A stretch of DNA of 40,080 nucleotides. It comes from Clostridiales bacterium. GTDB lineage: Bacteria > Bacillota > Clostridia > Saccharofermentanales > Saccharofermentanaceae. Positions 26,988 to 34,205 of this stretch are shown here, one piece after another (position 1 is the stretch's first letter; every line of letters begins with the position of its first letter). A program made the translations under genes and the position numbers. The stretch covers positions 1 through 40,080 of the forward strand of contig JAFWDK010000034.1 in the NCBI GenBank assembly GCA_017513085.1, read 5' to 3'. A model generated the notes under the pieces. That model was not told the DNA's origin. It worked only from the letters and a program-made list of their open reading frames with translations, and made no database searches.

Positions 26988-29264
26988 TCATACCTTGTAT
27001 ATGATCATGTTCTGGTCATCGAAACGAACAGCTTCCTTAAGGTTCGCCTCGAAGAAATCCGGATTGTAGAATCCATCAGTCTCTTCCGGACCATAGTAAT
27101 CCGGGCAGCAGATCACATACTTGATATTCATCTCCGCACAGTAACGGCGGAACTCGTCAATATTGTTATTTGCACCACTAAGCAGCCACTGGTAATTGAT
27201 CTGACGGGTCTCGGTATCGTGACCGGCAGACCATGCGAAGTACGGCCATCCATAGTAGACACGACGTCCGGCCAGGAAGAAATCGTTCGTTGACCACATC
27301 GGAGTCAGGAAGATATCGTCCTCGTCGGTATTCTTCTTGACCCAATCCACGATCGGCGCATTTGGATCAAGAGTAATATAGTACTGCTTACCGTTTTCAC
27401 AGCAATTGATGTTTCTGTAGATAAACCATTCGCTGATGCCGGTAGCCGTAAGGCCGAATGTCAGACCGAGGCACACGACTGCGCTTGCGATCTGTACCGG
27501 AATGAAAGTCTTCTTGGAAAGCGCAAATACCCTCTCTGTTTCGGCTTTCTTCTTTTTCTTCTTCGGCTGCGGCAGGCGCTCCTTGATCGGGATCGGCAAT
27601 GCCAGGAGATTGGCAAGGACTCCGGCGATCAGGATATCAAAGAGAATGAAGCTGACCTGGATAAACTTATGGTTTGCCAGAACTTCCAAAGATACCTGAC
27701 AGTAGAATGCGAAGATCAGTGGGAAAGAGAACGGGATCAGAAGAATAGCCCGGTACGGATTCTTGCGCTTGACCAGTTCATAGATCAAAAGCGTGAAGAA
27801 CAATACGCAAGGAATGATCACAGTCAGGTATCCGATCTTATTCAGATAGCTGATGACCTTACCGGAGTAGCTCAGCGCTGTGCCGAATCCGCTCTGGTTC
27901 TTGCCGTTCAGTTCCGGAATGACAAATCCGAAGAAATATTTGAATGTAGCAACATTTCCGGCGCCTCCCGCGAAAAATCTTGCCTGAAGAACAGAAGAAA
28001 CTACAGATACCAGCGCTACGACCGCGTATCCCAGACGGAATTCCGAGAAGATCGCCATACCGAAAAGCACCAGCAACGCAGAGATCAGGCAGGAGCCATG
28101 GAAGAACGGCATCACGGCAGCAACCAGGCTCAAAAGGATTACGGAACCCCAGGGCTTCAGCGGATCATCTTTTCTATGGATCCATGCTTCTCTCGAAGCA
28201 AAGAAACGCTTGCACTTTTCTTTAAAACCTTCCGTCCTTGTCAGATGCAGGAACATTCTCCGGAAATGCGGAAGGAACAGGAAAATGAAGATCACAATGA
28301 TGCCGACACCTACAGCCAGATGGCGCTGGTTGGCATACACGTTAACAGCCCAAAGTCCCCATTCATCACGAAATGTATAGCCGTACCAGGAAGATTGTTC
28401 CGCCAGGAACTTGAATACCGATCCCCAGGACGATCCGGCGTCTCTCAGTTCTCCGACCTGATGGAAAACATTCCAGCCACTTCGGAAAAGCACCAGAAGC
28501 GGAGCAAACAGATATGCCGCACGGCGTCCGGAAAGAAGGACAGCCAGTGTGCCAAGAAGCGTCAGAGTGCTGAGCATACAGAGCAGCGAAGGAATATTGA
28601 TTGCCCAGACAAGCGGAAGTCCCAATGCTTCCATGTTACCTGTCAGGAAATAAAACATGAAGTGATACTGGATATTGTCCCCGGCGAAATGCGGATACTG
28701 GGTCGGGAAATTCGAACCGACACCGAATCCGGAAGTAATAGCGACATGCGGGGAAAAGTCACTAAAGATCGAATAACCGAGACAGATCTTGCCGTCGGAC
28801 ATATGACATGTATAGAAATAAACGAATACCAGCGCGATCAGGACCAGAACAGTAGTCATTGAAAAGAAAATGATCGCTCCCGGACGACGCTGGAACAGGG
28901 AAAGCTTATTGAGATCCACACCTGCTTTGATCTTTCTGTAGTTGCGGATGAAGCAGCGCTGCCAGAAAAGGCAGCCAAGATAGGTAAAGAGGCACATGGC
29001 TAAAATATCCGCTGGAAGGAGTGTCGCGGTATCTGATGGAATGAACGGATACAGGATGTAAGCCAGAATATAGGTAGTGAATGTCATCACCACAAGACCG
29101 ATCAGCGTTCCTGCAGGGAATAAGAACAAAGATGTCGGAACTTTTTCCAGAATGGATTGGTCTGAAGCTACTCCTACATAGAGTCTTCGTATATCCGGGA
29201 TCAGCAACCGGATCAATTGTGTGCCAAAGAAAACGGCAATAATCAAGTACAAAACAGCAAGCAT
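26988..29264 (-). CDS. Large polytopic membrane protein, GT-C-fold glycosyltransferase-like
   Basis: About 13-15 TM segments, loop motif SDFSPH...NFP...P.F....YHF, and a C-terminal soluble domain W.K.NT....FL....LAGRR..YG. The family assignment is by pattern only. Confidence 0.6.
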   Translation of the reverse strand: MLAVLYLIIAVFFGTQLIRLLIPDIRRLYVGVASDQSILEKVPTSLFLFPAGTLIGLVVMTFTTYILAYILYPFIPSDTATLLPADILAMCLFTYLGCLFWQRCFIRNYRKIKAGVDLNKLSLFQRRPGAIIFFSMTTVLVLIALVFVYFYTCHMSDGKICLGYSIFSDFSPHVAITSGFGVGSNFPTQYPHFAGDNIQYHFMFYFLTGNMEALGLPLVWAINIPSLLCMLSTLTLLGTLAVLLSGRRAAYLFAPLLVLFRSGWNVFHQVGELRDAGSSWGSVFKFLAEQSSWYGYTFRDEWGLWAVNVYANQRHLAVGVGIIVIFIFLFLPHFRRMFLHLTRTEGFKEKCKRFFASREAWIHRKDDPLKPWGSVILLSLVAAVMPFFHGSCLISALLVLFGMAIFSEFRLGYAVVALVSVVSSVLQARFFAGGAGNVATFKYFFGFVIPELNGKNQSGFGTALSYSGKVISYLNKIGYLTVIIPCVLFFTLLIYELVKRKNPYRAILLIPFSFPLIFAFYCQVSLEVLANHKFIQVSFILFDILIAGVLANLLALPIPIKERLPQPKKKKKKAETERVFALSKKTFIPVQIASAVVCLGLTFGLTATGISEWFIYRNINCCENGKQYYITLDPNAPIVDWVKKNTDEDDIFLTPMWSTNDFFLAGRRVYYGWPYFAWSAGHDTETRQINYQWLLSGANNNIDEFRRYCAEMNIKYVICCPDYYGPEETDGFYNPDFFEANLKEAVRFDDQNMIIYKV

Positions 29265-29472
29265 ATTGCGACCTCCACCTACTTATACCCCAATATCATA
29301 CCATACAACGACTCTGAGTCACATAAAAATCCTACTCTTTCATTACAAATCGCAAAAAAAGCACTGCACTTTCGCGAAATCATGTATAATCTTGGGGTAT
29401 GTAAGATCCTGTCGCCGTCTGTTCTTTGGCACGGGATCTGCACGAAACAGATCATAAGTTGGAGGCATTCCC

Positions 29473-30519
29473 ATGAAAATAGTAGTTTTAGGCGGTGGCA
29501 TCAGCCCGGAGCGTGACGTTTCTCTTTGTTCTGCAAGTCTCATTTCCAATGCACTTCTTTCCAAAGGACACGAAGTCGCGTTCGTAGATGTATACGAAGG
29601 ACTTTCCGATCCGGATGATCTGGACAGTGCTTTTGCCACAAAAGAATCCGGAAAGCAGTATTCCTACTCGATCCCGGAGACCGAGCCGGATCTGGAGGCT
29701 TTGATCGCTTCTCATGGCGGGCGTCGCGAGCTGGTCGGTCCGGGTGTCCTTGATCTTTGCAAAAAGGCCGATGCCGTTTTTGTCGGATGCCATGGCGGAA
29801 TGGGTGAAAATGGTCGTCTCCAGGCAGTTCTGGACTGCATCGATGTTCCTTACACCGGATCCGGTTATCTGGCCTGCGCACTGGCAATGGACAAGCATTT
29901 GAGCAAAACTCTGATCCGTTATTTCGATATCCCGACAGCTGACTGGGTCATCTTTGATCCGAAAAAAGACGACCTGTCGATGATCCGCGAACAGATCGGT
30001 TTTCCTTGTGTCGTGAAGCCGATCGGTTGTGGAAGCTCCTGCGGCGTTTCCATCGTTCATGACGAAAGCGAGTGGGACGACGCTCTTTCGTATTCTGCCA
30101 AATATGAGAATACCTGTCTGGTGGAAAAAATGATCCATGGCCGCGAGTTCTCCATCGGCGTACTCGACGGAGAGGCTCTTCCGATCATCGAGATCATCCC
30201 GAAAGTCGGGTTCTACGATTACAAGAATAAATATCAGGCGGATGCCACAGAAGAAATCTGTCCGGCGCATCTTTCCGAAGAAAAGACGAAAGAGGCACAG
30301 GCGCTGGCCGTGGCCGTTCACCGCGCACTCGGCTTAGGCAACTACTCCCGCGTCGACTTCATTCTTTCTGAAGAGGATGACAAGTTCTACTGTCTCGAGG
30401 CCAACAATCTTCCCGGCATGACCCCGAACAGTCTCATCCCGCAGGAGGCTCGCGCCAAGGGCATTTCTTACGAAGACCTTTGCGAAAAACTGGTTCTTTC
30501 CGCAAGTAAGAAAGGCTGA
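29473..30519 (+). CDS. ddl: D-alanine--D-alanine ligase
   Basis: GG.SPERDVSL.S, HG..GENG, AMDK, VKP...GSS, omega loop YDYKNKY and EAN.LPGMT. Confidence 0.95.
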   Translation: MKIVVLGGGISPERDVSLCSASLISNALLSKGHEVAFVDVYEGLSDPDDLDSAFATKESGKQYSYSIPETEPDLEALIASHGGRRELVGPGVLDLCKKADAVFVGCHGGMGENGRLQAVLDCIDVPYTGSGYLACALAMDKHLSKTLIRYFDIPTADWVIFDPKKDDLSMIREQIGFPCVVKPIGCGSSCGVSIVHDESEWDDALSYSAKYENTCLVEKMIHGREFSIGVLDGEALPIIEIIPKVGFYDYKNKYQADATEEICPAHLSEEKTKEAQALAVAVHRALGLGNYSRVDFILSEEDDKFYCLEANNLPGMTPNSLIPQEARAKGISYEDLCEKLVLSASKKG

Positions 30520-30537
30520 TCAAGATTCGACATTGGT

Positions 30538-30571
30538 GAAAGGGCGGCATTGTCCGCCCTTTCTTTTTTTT
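30538..30571 (+). terminator. Intrinsic terminator of ddl
   Basis: GAAAGGGCGG-cattgt-CCGCCCTTTC followed by a T-tract. Confidence 0.9.
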
Positions 30572-30692
30572 CTGAATCGTAAACATTTCGGGAACAATTC
30601 TTCAAAACCTGAAACAGGCTCATTTCAAGTGTTATAATCGCATTGGTGGTATGATTCGCCAAACGGCTATACAGTATTGGGGTGTCCTGTCT

Positions 30693-32402
30693 ATGCTATT
30701 GTATTATTCAATTTTATTCGTAATTTCCATCTGTTTGACATTTATATACATTTTCATGTGGCACAAACATTTCGATGTCCACATCACTTTGCTTTTCTTT
30801 CTGATTCCCGTCTGCAATTTCGGCTATCTCGCTCTGGCACAGGCCGAGACGTTGCAGGAAGCCATTTTTGCCAATCAGGTCACATATCTCGGCGCATGCT
30901 ATGCCTTATTATTTGTCATGCTGACGATCTTCAGTCTTTGTCACATTCCTCTCAAGAGGATCCACCGGCTCCTCTTCTTCCTTCTCAGCACGATCGTTTT
31001 CGCCTCCACCTTCACGATCGGGAAAAGCTCTTTCTTTTATAAACATATCGCTTTAGGAAAATACTATGGCGCATCCATTCTCACGGATAAGATCTTCGGC
31101 TTCATGCATCATGTATTCTACGGCATGGTCATTCTCTATTTCCTGTTCAGTCTTGCAGCCTTGATCTACAGTTACCGTAAAAGGAAAATAGTCTCCCATA
31201 AGATCATCCATCTTCTTTTCCTGCCTGTCATTGTCTCCATGCTTTCTTTCTTCGGCGGAAGACTCTTCGTCAGACAGATCGAACTGATTCCTATCGCCTA
31301 TGTATTCGCACAGATCATGTACCTCCTGATCGTCTATAATATCGGCCTTTATGATATCAACGATTCAGGCATCGACTCACTTGTCGAAAAGGGCGAGACC
31401 GGTTTTATTTCCTTTGACTTCAAACTCCGTTATCTGGGATCCAATCAGACCGCCGAGAAGTATTTCCCTTTGATAAAAGAACTTGCGATCGATCAGCCGA
31501 TCAACACCTCTCCTCTCCTGGACAGCACTGCCGGAAAGTGGATCAGAGCTTTTCAGCAAGACGCGAAATGCAACTCTTTCCACTATAGAAGCGAGGGAAG
31601 CGAAAATGTCTATCAGGTCGATGTGAACTTCCTTTATGACGGCAGACGCCGTCGCGGATATCAGTTCTTCATTACCGACGATACGTTGGATATCCAGTAT
31701 ATCGATCTCTTGAATAAATTCACGGCCGAACTGGAAAGCGAAGTGCAAGAAAAGACCTCGAACCTGGTCAAGATGCATGACCGACTGATCGTCAGCATGG
31801 CCGCCATGGTTGAAAGCCGCGACAACTCCACAGGCGGTCACATCAAGCGGACCAGTCAAGGCGTGCGTATTCTGATTGAAGAGATGCTGAAAGAAGAAAA
31901 CCCGGTTCTTACGCCTTCTTTCTGCGCAAACGTAATCAAAGCCGCGCCTATGCACGATCTGGGAAAGATTGCCGTTGACGACGCCGTACTCAGGAAGCCG
32001 GGACGTTTTACTCCGGAAGAATTCGAGAAGATGAAGGCGCATGCTCCGGAAGGTGCCAGGATCGTAAATGAGATCCTGAAAGATACCGAGGATACCAAAT
32101 TCCATCAGATCGCCGTAAATGTGGCGCACTATCACCATGAGCGCTGGGACGGAACCGGCTATCCGGAAAAACTTGTCGGCGAAGCGATTCCGCTGGAAGC
32201 CCGCATCATGGCCATCGCCGACGTCTACGATGCATTGGTCAGCAAACGCGTCTATAAAGACAGTATGTCGTTTGAAAAAGCAAACAGCATCATCATGGAA
32301 GGCATGGGCACGCAGTTCGACCCGGGACTTCAGCGCTTCTACGAAGCCGCACGGCCGAAACTGGAAGAATACTATAGCAGCCTAAACGAAAAAGACAGTT
32401 AA
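30693..32402 (+). CDS. 7TM (HisKA_7TM-like) / PAS-like / HD-GYP cyclic-dinucleotide phosphodiesterase
   Basis: Seven N-terminal hydrophobic helices, RD..T..H..R, HDLGK, HHERWDGTGYP, IADVYDAL and R.YK. Start could be 30651. Confidence 0.88.
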   Translation: MLLYYSILFVISICLTFIYIFMWHKHFDVHITLLFFLIPVCNFGYLALAQAETLQEAIFANQVTYLGACYALLFVMLTIFSLCHIPLKRIHRLLFFLLSTIVFASTFTIGKSSFFYKHIALGKYYGASILTDKIFGFMHHVFYGMVILYFLFSLAALIYSYRKRKIVSHKIIHLLFLPVIVSMLSFFGGRLFVRQIELIPIAYVFAQIMYLLIVYNIGLYDINDSGIDSLVEKGETGFISFDFKLRYLGSNQTAEKYFPLIKELAIDQPINTSPLLDSTAGKWIRAFQQDAKCNSFHYRSEGSENVYQVDVNFLYDGRRRRGYQFFITDDTLDIQYIDLLNKFTAELESEVQEKTSNLVKMHDRLIVSMAAMVESRDNSTGGHIKRTSQGVRILIEEMLKEENPVLTPSFCANVIKAAPMHDLGKIAVDDAVLRKPGRFTPEEFEKMKAHAPEGARIVNEILKDTEDTKFHQIAVNVAHYHHERWDGTGYPEKLVGEAIPLEARIMAIADVYDALVSKRVYKDSMSFEKANSIIMEGMGTQFDPGLQRFYEAARPKLEEYYSSLNEKDS

Positions 32403-33529
32403 GAAGCGGATATATCCACCAGTACATATTCCGCTATCGTACCGGTCTTGTACGGAATGGCCCAGTTGGCAATTCCTGACGTTACGATAAAAGTCGTATT
32501 ACCGATCGTCTTGCGGCCATATGTCGCATCATTGGCACCGATCAGTTCCCCGATCGGACCGATCGGTATCATCTGTCCGCCATGTGTATGTCCGCTAAGT
32601 ACCAGATCACAATTTGCAGCGGACTCAGCTTTGTAGTCGTTCGGCTGGTGATTCAACACGATCGTGTACTTCGACGGATCAAGCGGTCCGATAAGTTCGG
32701 AAATTTCTTTACGTGGCATACTTCTGTCTTTACGTCCAACGATATAATAATCGTCTCCGACTTCCACCACTTCATCCTCAAGGACCTTGACGTTGTTCTT
32801 AGTAAGTTCCGCAAGCAGGTCTTCGTAGGAAAAATCACGATAGTGACTATAACCTTTGTCATGGTTACCGGGAACATAGAAAACACCATATGTCGTCTTG
32901 ATGTTTCCAAGCGCGGCACAACTGATCTCCATGTCTTTCCGCTTGGTATCATCGTCCACATAGTCGCCGGAGATCACCAGAATATCCGGATGCGTAGTCT
33001 CGATGGTGCGGATATGTTCCGCAAACCCTTCTCCGTCAAAGCATGCCCCGATATGAGAATCCGCGATCAAAGCAACCCGAAGCGGAGACACCGTCTTGCT
33101 GCTCTTAACTTCATAACGTGTCTCATAAACATGATGCGCCAGAAAATAGGCAATACTCATGTACACGATACAGAGCAGGATCGCCAGAACACCAGGCAGC
33201 CAGAATGGCACGGTCCTTTTTTTCTTTTCCCCGGAATCTTTAAGTTTGCGGTTCCGGATCATATCGATCAGGCTGAAGAGCATTTCCATGATCGCCCAGA
33301 AGATAATCAGATGAAGGATAGCGATCACCGCCATATAAGGTTTCAGGATACACCATATAGCGATGGGAAGAATCGGGATCAGCGCAATAAGAGTCGCCTT
33401 GCGCCGTTTCTCTTTACTGACTTTTTTCGGATCCTCTCCCTTTAGGACTATGCTTCGAAAGCGTGTCATAAGATAATAGGATCCCAGAAGAAGCAACAGT
33501 ATGATCACAACAAATAAAGCAAGAAACAT
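32399..33529 (-). CDS. Membrane-anchored metallophosphoesterase (YkuE/YaeI-like)
   Basis: About 4 N-terminal TM, then DSH, GDYVD, GNHD, HQP and GHTHGGQ. Confidence 0.9.
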   Translation of the reverse strand: MFLALFVVIILLLLLGSYYLMTRFRSIVLKGEDPKKVSKEKRRKATLIALIPILPIAIWCILKPYMAVIAILHLIIFWAIMEMLFSLIDMIRNRKLKDSGEKKKRTVPFWLPGVLAILLCIVYMSIAYFLAHHVYETRYEVKSSKTVSPLRVALIADSHIGACFDGEGFAEHIRTIETTHPDILVISGDYVDDDTKRKDMEISCAALGNIKTTYGVFYVPGNHDKGYSHYRDFSYEDLLAELTKNNVKVLEDEVVEVGDDYYIVGRKDRSMPRKEISELIGPLDPSKYTIVLNHQPNDYKAESAANCDLVLSGHTHGGQMIPIGPIGELIGANDATYGRKTIGNTTFIVTSGIANWAIPYKTGTIAEYVLVDISAS

Positions 33530-33628
33530 ATGTCATGTGCTCACGATGAGCAATCCTCCGTATTTTTATAGTGGGGATTATACAAGAAAAGTCTGCAAAT
33601 GCAAATAACAACTTCAAGTCAAAAAGAC

Positions 33629-34204
33629 TCATCGGCCTTTCAGAATAATGATCGGTATCGGAGGGCAGTTGCTCCTGTTCACAAACGGCATCTCCACCAC
33701 CGTGTATTTACTGCTGTCGATCGTAGGAAGAAATGAAAGGAGCGCGTCCTTCTCTTCAAAACCCGTTTCACGCCCGTAGTAAAGGATCAGCGTCATGATC
33801 CCGCCATCCGCAAGCAACTCCAGACCGGCTTTGATCGCCGGAATGCTGGTTTCTTTTTTCGTGAAGATATTGTGGTCTCCTTTCGGAAGCCAGCCGAAAT
33901 TAAACGTTATGCAGGATACACTTCCTGCGGAAGCGTATTTCCCCATCTCACTATGACTTTCCAGAAGGACCTCCGCGCGTTCACTGAGAGATCTTGCGGA
34001 AAGGAGTTCTCTAGTGCTTCGGACTGCATCTTCCTGAATATCGAAAGCTATAACGTGTCCCGTCGGTCCGACCAGTTCCGCCAGAAAAGCGGTATCGTTT
34101 CCACGGCCGGCAGTAGCATCTATACAAAGATCCCCCTCCCGGACATGCTCGCGGATCACTTTCTGAATAATATCCAGTGCACTGAAAGAAGGGCGTCTGT
34201 CCAT
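33629..34204 (-). CDS. mnmM: Class I SAM methyltransferase, YtqB/MnmM-like (tRNA mnm5s2U34)
   Basis: DATAGRGNDT, FDIQ, SH, FNFGWLP.GD and Y.G...G..E are the YtqB-family pattern. Start ATG 34204 follows GAGG. Confidence 0.75.
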   Translation of the reverse strand: MDRRPSFSALDIIQKVIREHVREGDLCIDATAGRGNDTAFLAELVGPTGHVIAFDIQEDAVRSTRELLSARSLSERAEVLLESHSEMGKYASAGSVSCITFNFGWLPKGDHNIFTKKETSIPAIKAGLELLADGGIMTLILYYGRETGFEEKDALLSFLPTIDSSKYTVVEMPFVNRSNCPPIPIIILKGR

Positions 34205-34205
34205 G

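Noticed and set aside
5168-30519. alr + ddl + DD-carboxypeptidase as a van-type glycopeptide resistance cluster
   Set aside because: The genes are dispersed, Ddl has the ordinary YDY..KY loop, Alr has no VanT membrane domain, and there is no vanH/X/R/S.
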